Source: Octopus sinensis
Lineage: Eukaryota
Assembly: GCF_006345805.1 (NCBI RefSeq)
Contig: NC_042998.1
Location: 65,348,001 to 65,412,000, forward strand
DNA: 64,000 nucleotides
Reading direction: 5' to 3'
The translations under genes were made by a program, and so were the position numbers. The notes under the pieces are model-generated. The model had not been told where the DNA came from. It did no database searches and saw only the letters and a list, made by a program, of their open reading frames with translations. Within the stretch, counting starts at the first letter, position 1. Each line of letters opens with the position of its first letter. Positions 1 to 15,059 of this stretch are shown in pieces.

Positions 1-89
1 ATATGTTTATATATATATATATTTATATGTACATATGGATATATATACACATGTATATATATATATATGTATATGTGCATGTATGTATG

Positions 90-124
<35 letters not shown>

Positions 125-203
125 ATATATATATGTCTATATATATATGTTTGTATATATATATATATATGTTTAAACATGCATTTATATATATATATAT
201 ATA
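1..203. repeat. (TA)n-rich microsatellite
   Basis: Imperfect TA dinucleotide run; YI-repeat ORFs are its translation. Confidence 0.95.
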
Positions 204-205
204 AA

Positions 206-508
206 TCACGTGACCATGTGACCGACCAGACCATCAGATGTTGCTACACATCGCTGGTCACAATGCGTACGCATTGTTTTAGCCATCGAACGACGCCACT
301 CATCTGGCTAAGCGAGCAGTCCAACAAAAGAAAGAGTGGGAGAAAAAGTGGTGAAAGAGTACAGCAGGGATCACCAACCCCTGCCCAGACTCGTGGAGTT
401 CTTAGGTGTTTTCGCTCAATAAACCCTCACAACGCCCGGTCTGGGAATCGAGACCGCGATCCTACGACCGCAAGACCACTGCCCTAACCACTAGGCCATT
501 GTGCCTCC
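206..508 (-). mobile_element. tRNA-derived SINE, head/body family H, tail type 1
   Basis: Minus strand begins GGAGGCACAATGGCCTAGTGG (A box) ... GGTCTCGATTCCC (B box); body shared with 56182-56338 and 58782-58942. Confidence 0.85.
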
Positions 509-1020
<512 letters not shown>

Positions 1021-2004
1021 GTGATTCGGTGAGGTGATAGAACGATTTGGAACCATAACTGTACTTTGTTCTGTATAGCAACAAATAATTAAAATGTTGT
1101 GAAGAGATCTCTTTTTTCTCGACAAATAATAAATTCTAATTAGATTCATTACGCTCACTACATAAAGTATTTTAACACTAACCAAATTATTGTCTGCTAT
1201 GTTATGACTTTCAAAAGGTTTCTTCTGCTAACTATGATCGATAATGTCTAGATGCTTTACGTCTCGTTTACTAAAAAATATTTTAATTGAAGACACTATA
1301 AATTTAATATTTAGATTTTGGTTTAACGTTATTTGATTAAGAGAAAATATTACATTCATCATCTTGGTGGGGTCGTGATTATCTGGAAAGTTATCTTGAA
1401 AAATGAATATTTGAATATAGAAAACAAATAATCTGTACAATTCTGTTGAGATTTGTCAGAAGATCCAAATGGGCCAATTGGCTTTTGATATAATCGCGGA
1501 TAAGAGGATACCTTTGGGGTATAGTCACAATTGGCGTAGTCCTGATGTGAAGAAGGAATATTTGTTCAGTTATGAAATAATAAATTATGTTATTGCGCAT
1601 ATGTTTAGTTCCCAAGCAATAATGATTTCCCGACTGTCGTTAAACAGTTGATTATGCACAAAGCGCTTCATTAACAAACACAGACAGCTAATAATGGTGA
1701 AAGTGAAGATGATGGACACAGTTTCAGGAATTTGCAAGAATATCGAATATGTAATAATAAATCAAATGTGGATGTTTCGTGAAAATTCTTGTTCAGCCAA
1801 GTCTATGTGTAATCAAAAGCAGCACCAAGGATCTACTGTGATAATCTAAGTATAAATAAGTTATTTGTTGTTTTACATCTCCCAGGCTCCTCACCTTCAA
1901 AGAATGTCATCGTCAGCGCCATAATCTTATTTATCGTTGTCGTCGTTTTTGCTGCTATTATTATAATGTTTATTATTGATCAACATTTAGTAGTTTCTGG
2001 TAAA

Positions 2005-2432
2005 TTTCTACGCCATCAGCTTCTACACATGCGTGTTGCCGGGATGTGTGCAGCAATGCGTGTTCTTTTTTGCAGCTGGAAGTGTGCAATCTCTTACTGG
2101 TATTATATTGCGTCAATTCCTTATTCATGGGGTGTGGTGCAATTATTTGTATTAGTGTTTGTATTGTGTATTGCTTGAGTGATGCGTTAGGTAATTGATC
2201 TGCTGGTAGCAGATTATTTTCTTGGATATTTACTATATAGAGTGTGTCTCGTGCTTCGGGATGGTTTTCTCTGATTTGCATTATTGATTGTGCTTTGCGT
2301 AGGATGTGGGCTGTTCCAAGTATGCGCACAACATGGTCATCTCACATCAAGATAGACATCGCATGAACTTCCTGGTAAGGTCCAGCTGTAGTTTTCTTCG
2401 TGTCGAGTAGCCCACCCGCTCAAAAGTTTCTC
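2005..2432 (-). mobile_element. Chimeric Dong/R4-like remnant: piece of the 550-bp element fused to the Dong ORF end (ILGTAHILRK) and a 3' UTR
   Basis: 2330-2432 matches the internal part of 17266-17820; followed on the minus strand by ILGTAHILRKAQSI, homologous to the C-termini of the other Dong copies. Confidence 0.7.
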
Positions 2433-2615
<183 letters not shown>

Positions 2616-3466
2616 TATGTTTGACTTTTGCTTTACATTTGTACAAGTTGGCTCCGAGTCTCACACAGAGACCTCAAGAGACAACAAGTTGGAAGTTCAT
2701 ATTAGTGTTATGCCTAGGGTGCATATATTTGGTATTGTACATAGTGCTGTTCTAGAGAATGTTTAAGAAACCATAAGAAAATTGTTTGTTTTAAAACTTG
2801 AGATTACATTGAAAGTATTTTGCGGAGGATATGAACAGTTCCCTTGAGCACTATCTTTTGAATTTCTGCCATTTTGGGGTTTCCTGGTATCTGAGGTGGG
2901 TAGCAATCAACCCCTTTTGCTATCATTCCCAGAGTACCTATGGCAACAGTTACTGTCTTCAGGTTCAACATTTTGCTAATTTCTATTTCAAGATCTTTAT
3001 ATTTGCTCAGTTTTTGGTGGGTTTTGACAGATATGATTGTATCGATTGGGACAATCATATCAATGAGGAGGCATGATATTTGTCTGAAGTCTTTTACTAT
3101 GTCTGGCCTATTCGCGTCTATCTTTCTGTCCGTTTGAATAGTGAACTTCCAGAGGAGTAAGATATGATCATTTTCAAGCACTAGAGGTGGTTTGTCTTCC
3201 CATTAGATTTTTATCATGGGGCAAGTCCAGACTTTTGCAAATTACCCAGTGAATATATTGTGCAGCTCTATCATGCCTGTTGAGATACTCTGTTGGCGCA
3301 AGAAGTCTGCACTTGGAGACAACATGATCAATGGTTTCATTTTGTTGTTGTCATACACGACATGTTGGGCTACTGCCATTCTTTAATAAGTTGGCTTGGT
3401 AATTCCTTGTAGGTAGGCATTGATCTTGAGCTGCTATAATAAACCCGTCTGTTTCGGATTTTAAGC

Positions 3467-3468
<2 letters not shown>
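2616..3468 (-). mobile_element. R4/Dong-like non-LTR retrotransposon 3' fragment (subfamily A), pseudogenised
   Basis: REL endonuclease motifs WKFTIQTDRKIDANRPDIV, LIDM.VP.D, KLSKYKDL, GTVHILRK; 3' UTR ends GCAAAAGTCAAACAT next to (AAT)n. Confidence 0.92.
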
Positions 3469-3530
<62 letters not shown>

Positions 3531-3567
3531 GTTATTATTATTATTATTATAATTATTATTATTATTA

Positions 3568-3599
<32 letters not shown>

Positions 3600-3631
3600 T
3601 ATTATTATAATTATTATTATTATTATTATTA

Positions 3632-5553
<1,922 letters not shown>

Positions 5554-6420
5554 CATTCTATGTTTGACTTTTGCTTTATGTCTGTACAAGTTGTCTCCAA
5601 GTCTCACCCAGAGACCTCAAGAGACAGCAGGTTGGATGTTCACGTTGTTGTTATGCCTAGTGTGCCATATATTTGTTTTTTTGTGTTGTACTGGTGAATG
5701 CCTAATACATAAATTTAAAAACAAATTTGTTTTAAATCTTGAGATTACATAGAGAGTATTTTGCGTAGGATATGAACAGTTCCCATGAGCACTATCTTTT
5801 CAATTTCTGCCATTTTGGAGTTTCCTGGTATCTGAGTCAGGTAGCAATCTGCCCCTTTCGCTATCATTCACACGGCACCTATGTCAACAGATATTGTTTT
5901 AGTCTTCAGGTTCCACATTTTGCTGATTTCTATTTCAAGACCTGAAGTCTTTCAATATGATGTCTGGCCTATTCGCGTCTATCTTTCTGTCAGTTTGAAT
6001 GGTGAAGTTCCAGAGGAGTGAGATGTGGTCATTTTCAAGCACTGGAGGTAGATTGTGTTCCCACCAGTTTTTTTCATGGGGCAAATCCAGGTGTTTGCAA
6101 ATTACCCAGTGAATATATTGTGCAACTCTATCATGCCTGCTGAGGTGTTCTGTAGGCGCTAGAAGTCTGCATTTGGAGACAACATGATCAATGGTTTCAT
6201 TTTGTTGTCGGCATACACGACATTTTGGGTTACTGCCGTTCTGTAATATGTTGGCCTGGTAGTTTCTTGTTGGTAGGCATTGACCTTGAGCTGGTATGAT
6301 AAACCCTTCTGTTTCAGATTTTAAGCCAGAGGCCATTAGCTATTGATGGGTCAGGGCCTTGTCAATATCTGAATTATTCGCTCTCTTTGGGTATTTGCCA
6401 TAGAGAGGTTTTGCTTGCCA
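5554..6420 (-). mobile_element. R4/Dong-like 3' fragment (subfamily A)
   Basis: KPLYGKY, SGLKSETEGFII, CRVC..ETIDHVVSKC, RHDRV, ANRPDI; 3' UTR homologous to 2616-2800. Confidence 0.92.
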
Positions 6421-6660
<240 letters not shown>

Positions 6661-7559
6661 ATGTGACTTTCTACGTACTTTTATTTATTACTTAATTTCC
6701 TATAGTTACTCGTGTATGAAGACATACTACAGAAATGCCAGATGAGAATCCATCAAAATTTGTATCGTAATAAAAATGCACATTTTAGAGTTTGGTTTTA
6801 TTTTCACTTACCAGTGTATACGTTGACAATTTTGGTGGCAAGAAAAGGAGGAAAAGGCTATGTGATCGCGATTAACTTCCCTATTATACATTCACATGTT
6901 GACGTATTCGTCCTTAGTATTGGGATATGAGGCTTACATATTATGCGTGACAAGATTATGATAGATAAGTGTACAACGATATCTTTAAATTGGGTGCTAA
7001 CAAGACACATCCACTAATCAGAGGCACACAAAAACGACATTTATTATGGTACCAATGAATGTACATCACATATTAATTTACGAAATTTCCGTTCCTTCGT
7101 AGTTTTAGTTTTTGTTTTAAATTCAGTTGAATTTCCCATAATTTTCACCCTCTTTCAATGGTAGATTTTATACAAATGTCTGCTTTCGTATCTTATTAGA
7201 TATTATATTTCCTTGGCACTACAGGCGTTCATATATACGAATAATTGCTAGATATTGTACTTGTTTAAAGGTGGCTACAGACTTTTATGTGGTCAAATAC
7301 TTCTTATCATCACCAATACAAAACATAATTTGGTTTTAATTAAGATAATCAGTTAGTAATTATTTCAACTAACATTACTAACATAACTGTTAAATTTTCT
7401 TTCGGTTATTTAGCTTATTTCGTTTCTATATTACTATTGCTATATTCGATGTGAAAATGAAGTGTTGCAATAAAATTTGATGTACTTTGTGAGTGCTACT
7501 TCGCCAATAAATCTCTCATTAGTTTACTAACATCATAACTCAACATCATCGGTAACCAC

Positions 7560-7965
7560 TGAGCCGCAGGTTTTATTTCGGAGTTATCCCAGTTACCTGA
7601 GTTACCTTCTCCTAGAAGGATGCCCTAACAAAAGCTAGAAGTCCTTTACTCCCAATTGTTTAACCGTGCGATCGGGTATTCAGTCCGATTACTTCTATGT
7701 TTCCGCGCATGATACAGACTTAAGACATTTATTGGATGACCGTTGACTCTCAAGACTTCCTCCACCCTTTGACGTGTTTTGTTTTTCATCCCGTAGGGTG
7801 ACCAATAAACACCCTCCTCACCAAGCAAGCTTGTTGGGGTTGCCGCTTTTAATCGCCGACGGCCCGACCATGCAACAGGTTGTACTGGGTTACATGTTAC
7901 CAGTAGCACTCGAAAGGGACCTGACACGAGCGATAGAAACAGAGACCTATGTACCAACATGTTTG
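7560..7965 (-). mobile_element. RTE-type LINE 5' UTR-like remnant or SINE body
   Basis: GC-richer island; minus-strand GGGCATCCTTCTAGGAGAAGGTAACTC resembles, from memory, the RTE 5' UTR motif GGCAACC..TCTAGGAGAAGG; not database-verified. Confidence 0.45.
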
Positions 7966-8489
7966 TGAATGAATGTACAATGTAAGTGACTTTCATTTCT
8001 CATATTTGGCGATTTTGATGTTTTCGCTACTTCTACATAATTTCTATTATTTCCATGCTTGTATCACTTTCCCTCATATTTCCTTTGACATTTTTGTATG
8101 TCGTGGTCTTTCATATTTTGTCGTATCATTATCATATCACATCGAGTAATATTTATTTCGAAGATACTAATATCCTATCGATATTTTTCTTTAGATTTCT
8201 TTAGATTTCTACTAAATTTTCTTCAATATGTGCCAAATTTGAGATTTTCCGACGGTGTTAGGATTCATCGGTCAATTTTTATTAATATTGAAGTTTAAAC
8301 TTTGTCGTCTTATTAGTGACTAGAGCTACCACCCACGTCCATTGGTCGGTGTAAGTTCGTGATAGGACTAGAGCTTAAAATAGTGTAATTTCGCTTCTGT
8401 CTATTTTTAAAATTGAGGATTATTTGACGTAGTCGAGATGTGAAATCAAAAATGAACTGGCATTAAAAAAATAACCTCTTTATTTGCAG

Positions 8490-8738
8490 ATATCGGGCAT
8501 TAAAATGTGAAAATATGAAAAATGATCAGAAAATATGGAAAATGTTCAGTATGTCGTTTAATTGACTGGATGGCTGAAGAATCGGTCCGAAAAGCATAAA
8601 CGACATTTCTGTGGACATGAAGGCAATCTATAAGAAACATGTTTAAATGTAATATGAAATTACCTTCTTCTTCTTTCTCTTCTTCTTCTTCACGGGCACC
8701 TTTATCTACTACTAGCACTGCTGCTTAAACAATCAAAG
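8490..8738 (+). other. Candidate non-coding or 5' UTR exon
   Basis: Acceptor CTCTTTATTTGCAG|8490, donor AAG|GTAAGA at 8738/8739, upstream donor GGT|GTAAGT at 8350/8351; all frames closed. Confidence 0.2.
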
Positions 8739-9076
8739 GTAAGAATTCATATCAAACTACTACTACCTGCTGCCAACTAACTAGAATTCACAAGAGCAAA
8801 AAAGAGCGGCAGAGACAGACAGAAAAATGGAAAAAAATATCCCTTTTATTTGATAACTTTGGAAATATTTTAAAATATTTCATTTACTTTTTTAAAAATT
8901 TAATTAATTTCCATGCTTTACTCAAAGTCGCTAAGACGAAACCAGTACTAAAATGTTTTTCATGATAAAATTATTTTAGCATTTTCAAACTCGTCTTATT
9001 TTCCTTATACATAACATCACATGTATTCCTTTTCAGCCTTCTATACATACATGCATAATACATACACACATATGTA

Positions 9077-9140
<64 letters not shown>

Positions 9141-9145
9141 ATATA

Positions 9146-9540
9146 CTAGCAGTATCGCCCGGCGTTGCTCGGGTCTGTAAGGGAAATAACTATATAAGCA
9201 TTTTTAGAGAGTTATAGCCAAAAAATAGCAAAAAAGTGCATACAAAATTGAAAAAAAATTAAGGTAATTTTTTTTTAAATCGTTGACACATCGTAGATAT
9301 TTTTAGAGAGTTACTTCCCTTATATAAAAGCGAAGAAAATGCATTAAAATGGAAAAATATGATGGTAAATTTTTTTTAAATCGTAGACTCATCGTAGACG
9401 CGCGCTAATACCCAGAAGGGCTCGATATGAATCACGACTATAAGATACCCGCTTTTGGTTAAACTGCACCGCAAAATGTGGGAGTAGTTACGAATCTAAA
9501 TCGTAGGAGACAGACACACAACTTCACTCTTATATAAAGA
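9146..9540 (-). mobile_element. Non-autonomous Helitron (~395 bp)
   Basis: Minus strand A|TC... start, subterminal hairpin CCCG-AGCAACGC-CGGG, CTAG|T end; internal ~100-bp tandem duplication. Confidence 0.8.
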
Positions 9541-9799
9541 TGCTTTTTTTTCAGTCATAGAGTTAGATTTATGAAGGTCTTCAGTAGAAAATCCTTCGAA
9601 TTCTGACTCGCTGCTTGATATAATGAAATTCGTATCCATTTTTTGTCAGAATTACAAATTTTGAAAACACAATAGGAACAAATTTCGGAAAAAAATCTCC
9701 CATAATTCACGGAATTAAAATTACACTTCGATTTTTGTACAAAACTGTATTTGAAGTGTTTACGAATGTACTAAAGAGATTTACTTTGATATTCTCATT

Positions 9800-9846
9800 T
9801 AAATATGAATAGGTAAATTCGGGCGGTTTGGTAACGAAAGGGTTAA
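9800..9846. mobile_element. Possible piggyBac-type MITE end
   Basis: GGTAACGAAAGGG followed by TTAA; partner TIR not found. Confidence 0.35.
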
Positions 9847-10369
9847 ACGGATGCATACATTTATTAATAACTATATATAAGTGTCGTCTGTTTATACATA
9901 AACACTGTTTCATACTTTCAGATTAGTCTTCCTCAAATCACTCTGTCGCTATTTACTCTCTTCCAAGAACATTTTCACTCACTCTTATCTCTTAGCTTGC
10001 CATACATTTTACTCATGTATCTATCAGCGTGATAGACAGAAACAAATATTACATCGCCATCGAATTCTATTGTCTACCTGTCAACACACACACAGTGAAT
10101 TAGTTTCATTTTATTCGTTGCACACTGTGTGTGTGCGTTTGCGTGTGCTGTAAACCAGACTAAGAAAAGCATTTGACATACACACCAGAATGTGAGTTTT
10201 CTGTAAATTTTGCTTAATTGGAGTTTAAATTTTAGAAACTGGACCTGGCATGACCCGATGCATTCTACTCTTAAAAATGCTAGGTAAATTGTAACTGAAG
10301 AAATCCTATATTGTAGATTTCTATAAGTGACAAAGGGAGGCAGATAAAATCTGCCTTTTATAATAAGAT

Positions 10370-10428
<59 letters not shown>

Positions 10429-10446
10429 CATACATATGTGTGTATG

Positions 10447-10540
<94 letters not shown>

Positions 10541-10620
10541 TATATATATATGTATACATATGTATACATATATTTATGTATAAATATATATATGTATATA
10601 TATATATGAAATATATATGA
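10370..10620. repeat. (TA)n microsatellite
   Basis: TA run. Confidence 0.95.
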
Positions 10621-10719
10621 AGTAGTACTAACAGAAAAGAGGAATTTCGATTATCCCAACGTGGTGAATTCTAATCTATGTAAGAAATTAAAAGAGGAAA
10701 ATACGCACACCTATAGCAA

Positions 10720-11800
10720 AAGTCACCACCGGTGTCCCCCAGGGGACTGTCTTGGGTCCGCTACTCTTCATAAACTACATAAACGACCTTTCCAATGTCG
10801 TACATTACTGCAAAGTGAAAATATTTGCTGATGACACTAAGCTCCAGCAAATTGTCAATGAAGAAGCAGACCGAACTCAACTCCAGTCTGATCTCTATGC
10901 TGTGAGTCAATGGGCAGACAGAAACAAAATGAAACTGAACGAGGGAAAATTTGAGCTGATGCATTTTAGAAGAAATTCCTCACTAAATCAGCCATACTCT
11001 CTTCCTTCAGGGGAACCGCTCACAGCCTCTAACAATATCAGAGACCTGGGTATAATTGTTGATGACGATCTCAGTTGGAGTGCACACATCAACAAGAAGG
11101 TCGATATAGCTCGTAGGATGAGTTCCTGGATCTTAAGAACCTTCCCGTCCAGAGAACAAGGTGTCATCATACCACTTTTCTCCTCCTTTGTACGGCCACA
11201 CCTCGAATACTGCTGCCCAATGTGGTCTCACCATACAAGACAAAACATCTCGAGGATTGAATCACTCCAGAGAGCACTCACTAAACGAATTGAAGGCATG
11301 GCTGCTCTCGATTATTGGGATCGCCTTAAAGCCTTGAAACTCTACTCTCTCCAGCGTCGCCGTGAGCGGTACATCATTTGTACGATGTGGAGAATATACC
11401 GCCAACTTTGCCCAAACGACCTGAACATTAGCTTCAAGGTTCATCCAAGACTGGGACCACGGGCCATACGTCCCCTGCCCAATTCAAGATCACAGCATAC
11501 ATGTACACTACAACATAATTTCTTTTCCTCAACAGGCCCTGCCCTATTTAACATTGTTCCGAAAGAGATCAAAGAGGAACAAGATCCCATCACCTTTAAA
11601 CGGAGTCTGGATAGATTCCTTCAAGGAATACCAGATAAGCCACCCATAATTGGATACAACTCACCCAACAAGAACTCACTACTTGAATGGACCATAAACA
11701 AAAATTGACTTAAACAGGATTCAAATAATGCTATCAGGTGGTGCTATTAAGTTAGACATGGCCTGGACCAAGCATTGGTCGAAACATCTAAGTTTATCTA
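10720..11800 (+). mobile_element. CR1/L2-group LINE, 5'-truncated, RT C-terminal half with 3' UTR
   Basis: Open frame ~10722-11708: GVPQGTVLGPLLF, IFADDTKL, RDLGI, RPHLEYC, SLQRRRER; 3' stem-loop GACCAA-GCA-TTGGTC and ATCTAAGTTT x2 tail. Confidence 0.93.
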
Positions 11801-11830
11801 AGTTTACATAGTTTTAATATAATCTTTAAT

Positions 11831-11865
11831 ATATCGACCGGTTTCGCTATCGCTATACATGATCT
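11831..11865 (-). ncRNA. Minimal hammerhead-like fold in a Penelope-type terminal repeat (A3-U8 variant, copy 1)
   Basis: AGAUC AUGUAUA GC-GAUA-GC GAAAC CG GUC GAUAU. Confidence 0.5.
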
Positions 11866-11918
11866 TATATATTACCTATTTGAATCTATATTTTTCCTTA
11901 ATATATATATTTTCTTAC

Positions 11919-11919
<1 letters not shown>

Positions 11920-11979
<60 letters not shown>

Positions 11980-12200
11980 ATATATCTATATATATATATA
12001 TGTATATGTATATATATATATGTGTATATATGTATATATATATATATATATATGTGTGTGTCTGTGTCTGTGTGTCTCTGTATATAAGCATATGTTTATC
12101 TATACAAATATGTGTATGCATAGATAGATAGATAGATACATAAGTCGATTGATAGAAAGACAGACATACAGATAGATAGATAGATAGATAGATAAACAGA
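11920..12200. repeat. (TA)n, (TG)n and (GATA)n compound microsatellite
   Basis: Direct reading. Confidence 0.9.
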
Positions 12201-13574
12201 TAAATGAGTTAATGCGTAGTTGCACCCGGCAACCCTAACTTCTTAGATAATTCCCGTTTTTGTCTCTGCTCTTAGTATTCTGTTGAAGTATGGGTGAATT
12301 GCTTAAAGAACATGGTGTACTTAAAGTACTTACTCCGATTGGCTTTCATGCAATGACGATTTGATATTATAGCAGACGATCTAACGAATCCACACACATA
12401 CCTCGCACATCCACACACATTTACTCACATGCACATACACCCAAATATACACACGTATGATTTTTACGTACATATTTTCAGTTTCACGATTTTTCTTCAG
12501 ATCTCATACTTCATATGCATTTTATATAATGTTTCTCTGATTTAATTGTTTGTAAATTTTGCTATAGTTGTTGCTGCTGTTGCCTTTGCCTTTCTAAATT
12601 ATTTCGATCATTATATGGGTTTCCATATACGTGCTACTTGCACTTTTGTGCATGTAGTAATTTTTGTGTTAGTTTTTAATCCACACTGCTTCGTGATATC
12701 GTTGCCATCTAATATAATAAATGTGCAAACTAATTTCCGTGTGTCAGTGTGCCACATTCTCACCCCCTCTCTCACAGTTCTATGACACTACTACTATCGT
12801 TCACGATAGAGACGTTGGGTGCAGTGGTGAAGACAGAGAGTGATAGAGAGAAAGGGAGGGAGAGAAAGACAGACAAATAAATTTAAGGACAATTGGTAAT
12901 GTTTATTGAACGTATTAATTTTGACGGTAGCAGTGGAGGTAATAATATGAGAGAGATAAAGAGTGGGTGAGAGAAAGAGAGACGGACTGAACACTGATCC
13001 AACATACTGAACTAACATACTGAACACTGATGTTAAAAGTGTGATAGCAATAGCATGAACTGTTGTTGTGATAGAGGTGGAGGCAGCGGTGATGTTAGTT
13101 GTGATGGTAGTGGGGGTAGCCGAGTCGGTCTAGGATAACGGTGAGAGTAAGCGATGTCAAACACAGTGGTGATGGTGGTGGAAGGGAAGGCGGCGAAGTC
13201 AATTGTTGTGATTGTTATGGCGTCAGAAGTCTGAATGGTGTGTGCATGACAGATATGTTGTCCATGGTGGTGGTACTGTTGTTTATCACGCAGCTGTTGT
13301 TTTTCATGCATCAAGTCCGCCAAGTATATCATTGTTTTTATGAAAATTGTTCATTGCTTGAAAAATATTGCTCAAGTTTAATGAAATTTAATATGTACTC
13401 AATGCTTGAAGTGCCATTGTTGGACCCAAAGCCAAATAGAGTGATCTCTGCAGGAGCTAGCTTAATAGTGGTCGATAGGGCGGTTTTTAAGCTAGTCATA
13501 TCTATAATTTTTAAGTATCGCATGCCGATTTTAGTTAACGGATATTCCGGTTCGAATTGTTATGTTTGATGAAT

Positions 13575-14220
13575 AATAATGAACAACCACATCGTTGTCG
13601 TATCGTCATCATGAACATCATCATCATCATCATCATGGTCGTCGTCGTCGTCATCATCAACAACATGATCGTCGACATCATCATCAACGTCGTCGTCGTC
13701 GTCGTTGTCGTCGTCGTCATCATAAGCAACATGATCGTCAGCATCATCATCAACGTCGTCCTCGTTATCACCCTCATCAGCAACGTCGTAACCGTCACCG
13801 TCTTCATCTACATCATCATCATCATCATGATCATCATCATGATCATCATCATCATCATCATTATCATCATAATCAATATTGTCTTCATCGTCATCATCGT
13901 CGTCGTCAACGTCATCATCATCGTCATTATCATCATCGTCATCATCATGATCATCATCATCGTCGTCGTCGTCATCATCATTATAGTCACTGCCATAGTA
14001 CTAACACCAATACTAATATTACCAACACCATTAACACCATCCATATCTTCTTAATCGTCATCACTGTGGCTGTAATGGCCATCCTTGTCCACATCGTCTC
14101 CTCTGTGATCTTCATCGTCCACTGCGTGCTTATATTTCTTTCTCTACTTTTCTTAACCGTCTTATTACTTTTGCTCTTCCTTAACATCATTCACGTCGTC
14201 ATCATCATCATCATCATCAT
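13575..14220. repeat. Degenerate (CAT/CGT)n trinucleotide tract
   Basis: About 650 bp; gives poly-His, poly-Ile/Val and poly-Met ORFs in different frames. Confidence 0.9.
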
Positions 14221-14490
14221 CAAATTTGTCAGTTGTAAGATCAAGATAAAATTTATTATCGCACCAAAAGAGAAACAACTATCGCGCTGGGATGCTTTCT
14301 AGAAGTATTAAGCTGATTTCCATGAAATCGCGCCATTCTGTCTTAACAAATTGAGGTAAGGACGCAGCGGAGAGCGTACATTGTATTGTATAAAATTATT
14401 AGATTGTTATAGCGGGAAATCTTTTGATCTTTCTGGATTGATTTACGGCATCAAGCAGTTGTATTATTATCCGTAAAATATAGCTTCCTA

Positions 14491-14760
14491 TACGTAATGA
14501 GGGTCTGGAAAACTTAAAAGGCCGGTGTGTATTCATGGTTTCAGAAGAAATATAATTGCTCTAGGTTGTTTCACCATTTGAAATATTACATAGAATCCAT
14601 TTTTTCTTGTTTTGTGTATATTTTACAAATAATTCCATTATTTGATATTATTTGTATGATATGTCGGTTGGTGGTTTTCAATTTCTAACAGTACAGAAAG
14701 AGTTTTTATCCATTAATCGCGAAGTTATTATTTGTTGAATAAAAGGTCTTCAACTCATTC
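14491..14760 (+). mobile_element. Degenerate mariner-type terminal fragment
   Basis: TACG..GAGGGTCTGGAAAACTT resembles a mariner TIR start. Confidence 0.35.
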
Positions 14761-14866
14761 AATCCCGTATGATGTTTCTTGCCTTATCGACTTTTCGTAT
14801 GAAATCAATCCATATTTTTCTCTGAGCTGTTGTTATTATCACTTTTGCTGCTGCAGTTATTGTTGC

Positions 14867-14902
<36 letters not shown>

Positions 14903-15059
14903 CACCGTCGTCGTTGATATTGCCGCTACGTTTTGGATTTGCTTTAATTTATGCCAATCGCAGGTGGGTCTGAGCTAGATACATCAAGCGTCAATAAGAT
15001 TTTGCATCTAAACATTCCTACAGGTGACGTGACACCCACAAGCTAAAAATGTACGTCTC

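Noticed and set aside
1886-1999. Phase-1 symmetric exon-like segment encoding a hydrophobic stretch (SSPSKNVIVSAIILFIVVVVFAAIIIMFIIDQHLVVS) with good splice sites
   Set aside because: The hydrophobic run coincides with a degenerate ATT/GTC trinucleotide tail of the adjacent Dong chimera; such tracts give false transmembrane helices throughout this window
11760-11800. GACCAA-GCA-TTGGTC GAAACATC resembling a hammerhead half
   Set aside because: No core or stem I upstream; better explained as the LINE 3' recognition stem-loop
13141-13569. 142-aa plus ORF and overlapping minus ORFs in unique-looking sequence
   Set aside because: No recognisable domain, no convincing splice borders, and the start lies in degenerate repeat
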